From: Candidatus Nomurabacteria bacterium
GTDB taxonomy: Bacteria > Patescibacteriota > Minisyncoccia > Phycocordibacterales > UBA9973
Assembly: GCA_020846955.1 (NCBI GenBank)
Contig: JADLCZ010000023.1
Span: forward strand, 1-27,933
Direction: 5' to 3'
Length of the DNA stretch: 27,933 nt
In this document: in pieces, positions 1 through 7,412 of the stretch
Layout: each line of letters opens with the position of its first letter
Position numbering within the stretch: the stretch's first letter is position 1
Notes under the pieces: generated by a model
Told to the model about the DNA's origin: nothing
Databases searched by the model: none
Seen by the model: the letters and a program-made list of their open reading frames with translations, nothing else
Program-made: the position numbers and the translations under genes

Positions 1-150
1 ATGACAATGGGAACTAGTTACCAACCCAATGGTTTTCTTCTTCTTGTTTTATTCTTTGTTATGGCAATATTCTTATTTTCTTTGCCAATGCTAATTCTAT
101 ATGGTAAAAATGCATGGATTGATATGTTAAAAACACTTTTTATAAATTAA
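1..150 (+). CDS. Small hydrophobic ORF, possibly the 3' end of a membrane-protein gene cut by the window edge
   Basis: Frame 1 is open from base 1 to TAA at 148-150 and reads MTMGTSYQPNGFLLLVLFFVMAIFLFSLPMLILYGKNAWIDMLKTLFIN, with one long hydrophobic stretch. It is not in the ORF track. Confidence 0.4.
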   Translation: MTMGTSYQPNGFLLLVLFFVMAIFLFSLPMLILYGKNAWIDMLKTLFIN

Positions 151-326
151 TTCTATGCCACAAAAAATTTGTATTTGTTAGAACGAGCATTAAAACAAAA
201 AGTGGAAGAAACAAGGTTGCAAATGTACTTTATGAACTAGGTTTACAAAGGAGAATCAACAGAGAAACTCTAGCTGTAAATCACGAAATTCTAAACAATA
301 CTGTTTATCGTAAAACCTAAAATATG

Positions 327-360
327 AAAGGTCCCAGAAATTACTGGGACCTTTACTTTT
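327..360 (+). terminator. Intrinsic terminator-like hairpin upstream of the RAYT locus
   Basis: Perfect 11-bp stem AAAGGTCCCAG (327-337) / CTGGGACCTTT (344-354) with a 6-nt loop, followed by a T-rich tract. Confidence 0.6.
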
Positions 361-361
361 C

Positions 362-380
362 CCACCAGTCCGACTGGTGG
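362..380. repeat. REP-like palindrome, copy 1 (upstream of RAYT)
   Basis: CCACCAGTC-C-GACTGGTGG, 9-bp arms and a 1-nt centre, with T and A runs on the flanks. Same sequence as copies at 680-704 and 1121-1147. Confidence 0.9.
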
Positions 381-394
381 AAAATAGTATTAAT

Positions 395-403
395 TGATAT
401 AAT
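395..403 (+). promoter_or_regulatory. Extended -10 promoter of the RAYT gene
   Basis: TG-A-TATAAT, 7 nt before the ATG at 411. Confidence 0.6.
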
Positions 404-410
404 ATATATT

Positions 411-1112
411 ATGAGTAATAGAAAAGTTCCAATATGTGATGGAGAGTACTACCATGTTTATAACAGAGGTAACAGTAAGCAAAAGATATTTTTGGACGAA
501 GAAGACTATATGCATTTTATAAAACTTCTCTATATATCAAATACTTACAAAAAATATAAGTTCCGAGATAATATAGTTGATCATAATATTGATGCTTTTG
601 AGTTTGATCGTGGCGAGACCATTGTTTCTATTGGAGCATGGGTATTAATGCCAAATCATTTCCATTTTTATATTACTACTTCCCACCAGTCGGACTGGTG
701 GGAAAAAATTGAGAGGAATAGAATTTCGGAATATATGAGGAAATTGCTTACTGCTTATACTTTATACTTCAATAAAAAATACAATAGAACAGGTGGATTA
801 TTTGAGGGAAAATTTAAATCAGTACATATCAATAATGACAATCAAGCAAAATATTTATTTTCATACATACATCTTAATCCAATAAAACTTATACAAAAAG
901 ACTGGAAGAAAAATGGAATTAGGAATACAAAAAAAGCTTTAGATTTTTTAGGTAATTATAAATGGAGTAGTTACCAAGACTATAAAGGGGATAATCGTAT
1001 CGAGAATACCATTCTAGATACAAAAAACTTTTTGCAATACTTCTCCAGTATAAAAGATTTCGAAAAAGAAATATTAGAGTGGTTAAAATACAAAAAAGAA
1101 GAGATTTTCTAG
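411..1112 (+). mobile_element. REP-associated tyrosine transposase (RAYT; Y1/IS200-like HUH transposase)
   Basis: Motifs YYHVYNRG, the HUH motif LMPNHFH, LFEGKFKSV, YIHLNP and YKWSSY, with flanking REP-like palindromes. I place the start at ATG 411 (MSNRK) because the 324-410 extension runs through a terminator, a REP and the promoter. Confidence 0.88.
680..704. repeat. REP-like palindrome, copy 2, inside the RAYT CDS and inverted relative to the flanking copies
   Basis: TTCCCACCAGTC-G-GACTGGTGGGAA, perfect 12-bp arms, translated in frame as SHQSDWWE. Confidence 0.9.
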
Positions 1113-1120
1113 TTTAAGGG

Positions 1121-1147
1121 TTTCCCACCAGTCCGACTGGTGGGAAA
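1121..1147. repeat. REP-like palindrome, copy 3, between the convergent RAYT and priA stops; may also act as a terminator
   Basis: TTTCCCACCAGTC-C-GACTGGTGGGAAA, perfect 13-bp arms. Confidence 0.9.
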
Positions 1148-1158
1148 AGATAAATATT

Positions 1159-3123
1159 TTATAAAAGGTCTTCGGGGTCGATGTTTATAGAGAAGGATTG
1201 GGGGAGGGAGGATAGTTTGTCACTCAGGTTTACAGACTCCTTGTTTTCATTAAAGGTATTCATTTTGGGGGGATAGGGCCAGATTTTGGGATCGATTTTT
1301 AATACTGTATTGGTTATATATTCACCTTTTACACGACCAACAAAGGCGCTGAAGATCTGTGGGTCGTATTCGGCAAATGTCTCCTCAAGATACGCCCGAG
1401 CTTTCTCGCTGTCGCGGGCATTGCCGGCGAAAGTAATTTTGATTAATTTTTTGTACGGCGGGTAGCCGAAAGTCTCGCGCTCTTTTAAGTCCTCGCGATA
1501 AATTGGGAGGACATTACCAGAGAGAATATGCTGTAGAATTAGATTCTCTGGCACACGAGTCTGGATTATCATATTGCGTGTAGTGATTAATGAGAGCTTC
1601 TCTATAATATGCAGAATTTTTTGATTCATATTAAATGAAGGTACGGATAGTAATCCATCTAGCGAGACGATAGCACTATGAGTAAATTCCTGATTGATTG
1701 AAGAGAAGGCCATCTCGGTGCCGATGAGTATTACACTTGGAGTATTTTTGATCTTAATTTGTGCAATTTTTATATCCTTTTCTGTTGGAGTGGCTTCCTT
1801 ATCTATCTGTACAATAATTGCTTTTGGAAATAATTTTTCAATTTCCTCTTTTACACGATCTGTTCCTATACCAAGTGGAGTTAAGTTCCAGCTATCGCAC
1901 TTCTGACATCGAGCTTTAGCCGTTTCTTTCCGCCCACATTTATTACACATAAAGATTCTTTCTTCAGTTGTGTTTTTGTCTTTTGTATTTCTTTTGTTGT
2001 AGAGCACTATTGGCACCTTGCAATAGTTGCAGAGCATTGTGTCACCACAATCACCACACACAGTTACCCCTGCAAGGCCTTTGCGTACAGTAAAGAGGAA
2101 GACACTTTCATTGTGGTCTTGGGCGTACTGAATCATCTTTTTGGTTGTATCACCTAGTACAGTGAAAGTTTGCAGACCTTTTTCATTTACTTCGTTTTTC
2201 ATATCGATAATGATTTGGCGCTCTACAGATGGCAGACGAAATAATGGTGATGCGACTTCACCGAGCTCTTTGTTCTCGTGCCTTTGTAGTGTCTCGGGTC
2301 GCAAGAGTGTGTCGCCATATATTAGTCGCGAGCCATCACACTCAGCGAGTACTTCGGCAAAGCTACGGATATCGACATAGGGCCTACGAATTCCTTTGTA
2401 TGCTTCGGAGCTTTCGTGTTCGACAATGATTGTCTTGATATCGTATCGTGGAATCGAGAGGAACATTCCAGTCCCAATTATTATTACCGCATGCTCTTCG
2501 GTAATTGCACGATTGTAATCTGCAATCAATGTCTTTTTATTTATATTGCCATGGAAACGGAAAACATATTGCTCGATACCTTTGGCAAATGCGTTGTAGA
2601 AAATATCGATGTCGTATTCTGTTGGCACACAGACAAATACTGACTGCTTCTTGGCAAATGCTTCGCGGACAAGTGTGCGGTACCAACTCAAGCGGTCAGA
2701 GGGCAGTGCTTGGAAAATTAATTTCTCACTAGTAATATTTTTATCTACATCATTATTTGGAATTACTTTTGGTTTTTTGAATTCAGAATATTTCTCTAAA
2801 AATATATTTGGTAACATTGCATCGATTATACTGCCAGTAGTAGTGGCATAATACTTTTGCATTCGGACGCATGCTTCGAAGAATGATCCTCGGTATGGAG
2901 CCATACCCTTGACCTTTTCGATTTTCTTGAGCTGAAAATCGGCATCTTTAACCCCACCTTTCAGACTCGATGCATCCTCAAGCTCAATCACCAGAGCATC
3001 AATCATCTTGGAGCGTACTGGCACAGAGACAATAGACCCAAGCGGAATTTCCTTGGCTGTGAAGTAAGTCAAATTCTCTTTCTGGATATTCTTTGATAGG
3101 GGAATAACGGTGGCGATATACAT
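1159..3123 (-). CDS. priA: Primosomal protein N' (PriA) with degenerate helicase motifs
   Basis: N-terminal 3'-DNA-binding region (LTYF...GSIVSVPVR), four CxxC pairs (CGDC, CNYC, CNKC, CQKC), GIGTDRVKEE, QTRVPE, YPPYKKLIKI and C-terminal INIDP. Confidence 0.9.
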   Translation of the reverse strand: MYIATVIPLSKNIQKENLTYFTAKEIPLGSIVSVPVRSKMIDALVIELEDASSLKGGVKDADFQLKKIEKVKGMAPYRGSFFEACVRMQKYYATTTGSIIDAMLPNIFLEKYSEFKKPKVIPNNDVDKNITSEKLIFQALPSDRLSWYRTLVREAFAKKQSVFVCVPTEYDIDIFYNAFAKGIEQYVFRFHGNINKKTLIADYNRAITEEHAVIIIGTGMFLSIPRYDIKTIIVEHESSEAYKGIRRPYVDIRSFAEVLAECDGSRLIYGDTLLRPETLQRHENKELGEVASPLFRLPSVERQIIIDMKNEVNEKGLQTFTVLGDTTKKMIQYAQDHNESVFLFTVRKGLAGVTVCGDCGDTMLCNYCKVPIVLYNKRNTKDKNTTEERIFMCNKCGRKETAKARCQKCDSWNLTPLGIGTDRVKEEIEKLFPKAIIVQIDKEATPTEKDIKIAQIKIKNTPSVILIGTEMAFSSINQEFTHSAIVSLDGLLSVPSFNMNQKILHIIEKLSLITTRNMIIQTRVPENLILQHILSGNVLPIYREDLKERETFGYPPYKKLIKITFAGNARDSEKARAYLEETFAEYDPQIFSAFVGRVKGEYITNTVLKIDPKIWPYPPKMNTFNENKESVNLSDKLSSLPQSFSINIDPEDLL

Positions 3124-3129
3124 ACCTTA

Positions 3130-3138
3130 ATCCTAGCA
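3130..3138 (-). promoter_or_regulatory. Extended -10 promoter of priA (divergent from mreB)
   Basis: The minus strand reads TG-C-TAGGAT, then 6 nt, then ATG. Confidence 0.45.
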
Positions 3139-3168
3139 TACTTCATATTATTTTTATTTATTATTCTA

Positions 3169-3177
3169 TGTTATAAT
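3169..3177 (+). promoter_or_regulatory. Extended -10 promoter of mreB
   Basis: TG-T-TATAAT, 11 nt before ATG 3189. Confidence 0.6.
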
Positions 3178-3188
3178 CCGCTCTACAT

Positions 3189-4202
3189 ATGGGGATTTTT
3201 TCTAAAAAATTGGGAATAGATTTAGGCACTGCTAATACTCTGGTATATATGCCAGGGAAAGGTATTGTTCTAAATGAGCCTTCTGTTGTAGCAGTTTCGG
3301 AGCAGGATAACAGGATATTGGCTATTGGAATAGAGGCCAAGGCTATGATAGGTAAGACACCCGAAAGTATTATCGCTTACCGACCCATGAAAGATGGTGT
3401 GATTGCAGACTATAGAGTGACAGAAGCGATGCTACGATACTTCATCCGCAAAGCTCTTGGCAAATACAATATGTGGAAGCCAGATGTAATGGTCTCGGTG
3501 CCAGCTGGGATTACCTCGACAGAAAGACGTGCAGTTGTGGAAGCTGCGATCAAGGCCGGGGCCAAGAATGCTTATGTGGTCAAGGAGCCAATTTTGGCTG
3601 CTATCGGAGCTGGAATTCCAATACACGAGCCAAGTGGCCATATGATTGTGGATATTGGTGGAGGTACAACAGATGTAGCCGTGATATCTCTCGGAGGAAT
3701 TGTAGCAAGCACATCTGTAAAATGTGCAGGGGATAAAATTGATCATGCGATTATTGACTACATAAAGAAGACTTTTAATTTGGCGATTGGTGACAAGACT
3801 GCTGAGGAAATCAAAATGAAAATTGGTGCAGCTATACCGCTTGAAGAGGAATTGACAATGACAATCAAAGGCCGTGACTATGTCCAAGGGTTACCGAGAA
3901 CTGCACAAATTTCTACAAATGAAATAGTTCGCGCGATAGATAAAGAATTGCGTACAATGGTAAGTGCTATTAAAGATGTCCTCGCTGAGACACCACCAGA
4001 GCTTGCTGCAGATATTATTGATGATGGTATCATTATGACTGGAGGGTCATCGCAACTTCGCAATTTACCAGATTTAGTTTATAGGAAAACTGGTGTTAAA
4101 GCTCGCATGGCCGAAGAGCCACTATATTGTGTAGTGCGTGGTACAGGCGAGGCACTCAACCACCTCGATACTTACAAAAAGACTATTTTAAGTAAGAGAT
4201 AA
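3189..4202 (+). CDS. mreB: Rod shape-determining protein MreB
   Basis: IDLGTANT, EPSVVA, RPMKDGVIAD, VDIGGGTTDVAVISLGG, AEEIK and MTGGSS motifs. Confidence 0.97.
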   Translation: MGIFSKKLGIDLGTANTLVYMPGKGIVLNEPSVVAVSEQDNRILAIGIEAKAMIGKTPESIIAYRPMKDGVIADYRVTEAMLRYFIRKALGKYNMWKPDVMVSVPAGITSTERRAVVEAAIKAGAKNAYVVKEPILAAIGAGIPIHEPSGHMIVDIGGGTTDVAVISLGGIVASTSVKCAGDKIDHAIIDYIKKTFNLAIGDKTAEEIKMKIGAAIPLEEELTMTIKGRDYVQGLPRTAQISTNEIVRAIDKELRTMVSAIKDVLAETPPELAADIIDDGIIMTGGSSQLRNLPDLVYRKTGVKARMAEEPLYCVVRGTGEALNHLDTYKKTILSKR

Positions 4203-4215
4203 AATAATTTAATTA

Positions 4216-5085
4216 ATGAAAAATGCCATCAAGAAAATATTAAAATTTTTGCTCTATCTATTTGCATTAATAGGTTTTGTTTTCGCATTTGTTTATGTAG
4301 CAATACAAATGGGTTGGCTCAATGTCCGAGGATCTGCTTCACAAAGGAATTCGTATTTCAATATTGTAAAAGGAAATAATATTAGCATTCAAGAAATAAG
4401 AAACAAGAGTCTGTGTGTACCGACTTCTACTTGCGCATGGGCATCTAGCGAGGAGTGGGCACTTATGAAAGAAGTTTTCACACGTGATCAAGAAATTATA
4501 AAGAAAGCTGCCTATGACGCAGGAGTGAGCCCTCGAATACTGCTCGGTGGTGTGATTGGCGAGCAATTCCGATTCTTTGGTAACAGAAGGGAATCATTCA
4601 AACAATATTTTGAGCCTTTGAAAATTTTGGCATCATTGTCCAATACTTCTTATGGTATAGCAGGACTCAAGCCAAAAACATTATTGCAAATAGAGGAACA
4701 TATGAAAGATCCAAAATCCCCATTTTATCTAGGCCCTGATATGGAGAATTTCTTTGTATATGATGAAGGTGCAGATATAGAGAAAATCAGATTCAACAGA
4801 ATCACAGATGTAAATGATCCATACTATTCATATTTATATGCAGGATTATTTATGAAGCAAATACAAACACAATGGCAGAATATGGGGTATGATATTAGCG
4901 AGAGGCCAGATGTATTTGGCACATTGTACAATTTAGGCTTTTATTATTCTGTTCCGAAACAAAATCCTCAATCAGGTGGATCAATCGTTATCGTAAATGG
5001 TATGTCGTATAATTTCGGTGATCTATCTTATGAATTCTATTATTCTGATGAACTTTCCGATATTTTCCCATATGATGTAAAATAA
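4216..5085 (+). CDS. Membrane-anchored hypothetical protein, possibly lysozyme-like fold (DUF1402-like)
   Basis: N-terminal transmembrane helix. The pattern GGVIGEQ...YGIAGLK...LYAGLFM...GTLYNLG resembles lysozyme-like families. Recognised by eye only. Confidence 0.45.
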   Translation: MKNAIKKILKFLLYLFALIGFVFAFVYVAIQMGWLNVRGSASQRNSYFNIVKGNNISIQEIRNKSLCVPTSTCAWASSEEWALMKEVFTRDQEIIKKAAYDAGVSPRILLGGVIGEQFRFFGNRRESFKQYFEPLKILASLSNTSYGIAGLKPKTLLQIEEHMKDPKSPFYLGPDMENFFVYDEGADIEKIRFNRITDVNDPYYSYLYAGLFMKQIQTQWQNMGYDISERPDVFGTLYNLGFYYSVPKQNPQSGGSIVIVNGMSYNFGDLSYEFYYSDELSDIFPYDVK

Positions 5086-5089
5086 GGAT

Positions 5090-5782
5090 ATGAATACTTT
5101 TGAAGTAAAAATTGGCAATAATCTCTTTCAGACATATTTTATAGAGTGCACCCAACCAAATACAAAAGAGGACTTTTTGCAATATTTGCAAATTCAAAAT
5201 ATCCAAATATATGCCAACCCAAATGTGCTCAACGAAGTATATGAATCTTTTACAATCGACAATGTCCGCACACTCAACGAACATCACAACCAGAGATCAT
5301 CTAATGAAGGCAAAAAGATTTTTATTATCGAGGCTCTTACCATCAATCATGAAGCTCACAATGCACTTCTTAAGATGTTTGAAGAGCCAACTGTCGATAC
5401 GCATTTCTTTTTCTTAATACCACGAGTAGATACATTGCCGGATACTCTCAAATCTCGTGCCCATATAATATACGAAGATCATAAAGATAATATTTTGGGA
5501 TACAAAGAGGCAATTGAATTTATCGGGAAAAGTCCAAACGAAAGAATGGAAATTATAACAAAAATAATTGCAAAAAATAAAAATACAGAGACTAGCGCAC
5601 CACTACGCGATGATGCAAGAGTATTACTTGATGCGTGTGAATATGTAATTCGAGAAAATACAAAAAATATTGATACAGATACCTCATGGAAATTGGGAGA
5701 ATTGTTAAAAGCCAAAAAATATCTTTCGACACCAGGTGCATCTGTCAAAATGATTTTGGAACATATAGCTCTTATAGTATAA
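5090..5782 (+). CDS. holB: DNA polymerase III delta'-like clamp-loader subunit (short form)
   Basis: TIDNVR, KIFIIE, AHNALLKMFEEP and LPDTLKSR are characteristic of delta'/gamma subunits. No Walker A motif is visible. Confidence 0.75.
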   Translation: MNTFEVKIGNNLFQTYFIECTQPNTKEDFLQYLQIQNIQIYANPNVLNEVYESFTIDNVRTLNEHHNQRSSNEGKKIFIIEALTINHEAHNALLKMFEEPTVDTHFFFLIPRVDTLPDTLKSRAHIIYEDHKDNILGYKEAIEFIGKSPNERMEIITKIIAKNKNTETSAPLRDDARVLLDACEYVIRENTKNIDTDTSWKLGELLKAKKYLSTPGASVKMILEHIALIV

Positions 5783-5784
5783 GT

Positions 5785-5808
5785 AATTAGTATAAGTATA
5801 AGGAAATA
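5785..5808. repeat. Solo arm of the GTATAAG repeat family
   Basis: AATTAGTATAAGTATAAGGAAATA is the exact reverse complement of 23976-23999. Confidence 0.8.
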
Positions 5809-5853
5809 CAAAAAAGTTCCTAAAAAATACAATTTAGTGTAAAATATAAACAT

Positions 5854-6387
5854 ATGGCATACAATACACAAAATTTTAAAATAGAATTAAAAAAGGTTGA
5901 AGAATGGTTATCAAAGGAATTGTCACAAGTCCAGACTGGCAGGGCAACACCAATTGTGCTCGATGGGATCAGTATCGAGAGTTATGGAAGCCGAACAGCA
6001 CTTAAAAATGTGGCATCTATTACAGTCGAGGATCCAAAGACACTTCGTATTGCACCATGGGACAAGAATCAAATTCGTGCAATTGAGCAGGCAATACAAG
6101 AATCAAATATTGGACTTTCTGTGCTATCGGACAGCGATGGAGTAAGAGCAATATTCCCAATGCTCACTACTGAGACCCGCGCCAAACTCGTTAAAGTTTT
6201 GAAAGAGAAATTGGAAGACGCTAGAATTTCTGTACGTAAAATGCGCGGAGATGAGATAGACACAACAGCAGACTTACCAGAAGATGAAAAGAAACGCGCC
6301 AAAGATGACATTCAGAAGGTGGTAGACGAAGCGAACATTAATCTTGAAGCAATTTTCGACAAAAAAGAACACGAGGTAATGCAGTAA
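5854..6387 (+). CDS. frr: Ribosome recycling factor
   Basis: QTGRATP, SYG, ITVEDPKTLRIAPWDK, FPMLTTETR, ARISVRKMR and DIQKVVD motifs. Confidence 0.96.
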   Translation: MAYNTQNFKIELKKVEEWLSKELSQVQTGRATPIVLDGISIESYGSRTALKNVASITVEDPKTLRIAPWDKNQIRAIEQAIQESNIGLSVLSDSDGVRAIFPMLTTETRAKLVKVLKEKLEDARISVRKMRGDEIDTTADLPEDEKKRAKDDIQKVVDEANINLEAIFDKKEHEVMQ

Positions 6388-6419
6388 TTAGTGGCTAGTT
6401 TCTAGTGATTAGGTTCTAG
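6388..6419. repeat. Left arm of the inverted heptamer array (reverse complement of CTAGAAC-like units)
   Basis: TTAG TGGCTAG TTTCTAG TGATTAG GTTCTAG. Bases 6403-6419 are the perfect 17-bp reverse complement of 7390-7406. Confidence 0.85.
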
Positions 6420-6449
6420 GGAAATTATAAAAATATTTAATTAAAAATT

Positions 6450-6803
6450 ATGACCACTGATAAAGCTAGTAAAATTGTGAATATTTATGGTAAACACCTT
6501 GAACAATGCTCAAAACTTAATTTTATTTTTGGCTCTCATATACCAGAATCATTTTTACCTTTCCCAAAAGATGTTATTGAAGAAGCTTTAAATGTTCTAG
6601 CAGAGTATCATTTTAGTAATGGAAATAAGGTTGCTGTAAATTCTATGGAAAATGCTAAAGCAGGTTTAATTGGATATATAAATGACGAAGAAGCAATATT
6701 AAAATCAGTGGAACTTTAGAAGAATCAAACTTGGCGAGAGTCGATACTTCCATCTTTTAAGGAGTTTCAGAAAACATGGATCAAAACTCAAGATATTGAT
6801 TAG
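6450..6803 (+). pseudogene. Hypothetical gene with an internal TAG at 6717-6719 (89 aa, or 117 aa if read through)
   Basis: After the TAG the same frame stays open for 27 codons (KNQTWRESILPSFKEFQKTWIKTQDID) to a TAG at 6801-6803, which overlaps the AGGAG RBS of the next gene. Confidence 0.5.
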
Positions 6804-6816
6804 GAGTAAATAATTT

Positions 6817-7029
6817 ATGATAAAAGTAGGAGATAAAATCAAAGTTTCAAACATCAACGTTATTTTAGTCTATTTTTCAGATCCTCATCACGCAAAAGTT
6901 ATTTATAAAGATAATGGATATAGAATTATAGACGATATTATTTTTATTGATGGATTGTGGAAATTTGAAATACCAGGTGTCTCTGGCAAAAAATTAAAAG
7001 ATAGTGAATATACAGATTTTATAATTTAA
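6817..7029 (+). CDS. Small hypothetical protein (70 aa)
   Basis: Preceded by AGGAG and ends 1 nt before the next ATG. No motif recognised. Confidence 0.6.
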   Translation: MIKVGDKIKVSNINVILVYFSDPHHAKVIYKDNGYRIIDDIIFIDGLWKFEIPGVSGKKLKDSEYTDFII

Positions 7030-7030
7030 C

Positions 7031-7393
7031 ATGACATACAGTATAAAATCATACAAAGATTTAATTGTTTGGCAGAAGGGGTATGAACTTGTAAAGCAGG
7101 TTTATAAAATTACTTCGAAACTTCCTCAGGCTGAAGTGTTTGCTTTGCAATCACAAATGCGTCGTTCTGCTGTGTCTATTGTTTCAAATATAGCAGAAGG
7201 TAGTAGTAGAAAAACTAGAAAAGATTATTGTCAGTTTATGCATATTGCTTACGGCTCAACATCTGAATTAGAGACTCAATTATTTCTCTGTAAAGACTTA
7301 TACAACATTCCTGTAGAATCACAACTTGAATTAATCACAGAAGTAAGTAAAATGTTAAGAGCTATTATTAATAAACTAGAACCTAGCAACTAG
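7031..7393 (+). CDS. Four-helix-bundle protein (23S rRNA intervening-sequence protein family)
   Basis: SYKDLIVWQK, LPQAEVFALQSQMRRSAVSIVSNIAEG and AYGSTSELETQL are the family signature. Confidence 0.93.
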   Translation: MTYSIKSYKDLIVWQKGYELVKQVYKITSKLPQAEVFALQSQMRRSAVSIVSNIAEGSSRKTRKDYCQFMHIAYGSTSELETQLFLCKDLYNIPVESQLELITEVSKMLRAIINKLEPSN

Positions 7394-7410
7394 AACCTAA
7401 TCACTAATCC
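7376..7410. repeat. Right arm of the inverted heptamer array, overlapping the end of the four-helix-bundle gene
   Basis: CTAGAAC CTAGCAA CTAGAAC CTAATCA CTAATCC. The first units encode the C-terminal LEPSN and the stop. Confidence 0.85.
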
Positions 7411-7412
7411 AC

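Noticed and set aside
123-320. Stop-free frame-3 stretch ending just before the terminator, possibly joined by frameshift to ATG 155 (MPQKICIC)
   Set aside because: There is no in-frame ATG, GTG or TTG and no recognisable motif, so I cannot support a gene or pseudogene call.
324-410. N-terminal extension of the RAYT ORF, giving an apparent SHQSDWW protein repeat
   Set aside because: The extension is a chance open frame through a terminator, REP copy 1 and the promoter. The start at 411 fits the family N-terminus and the -10 spacing.
362-1147. Three near-identical palindromic repeats considered as a CRISPR array
   Set aside because: The spacing is hundreds of bases and irregular, one copy is inverted and lies inside a CDS, and there are no cas genes.
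6717-6719. Alternative genetic code (TAG or TGA recoding)
   Set aside because: TAG ends mnmA and both Cys-rich genes, and TGA ends mltG and the exonuclease. Only one small cargo ORF shows an internal stop.
7031-7393. Four-helix-bundle gene as the Avd of a diversity-generating retroelement or as part of a 23S rRNA IVS
   Set aside because: No reverse transcriptase, template/variable repeat pair or rRNA sequence is present in the window.
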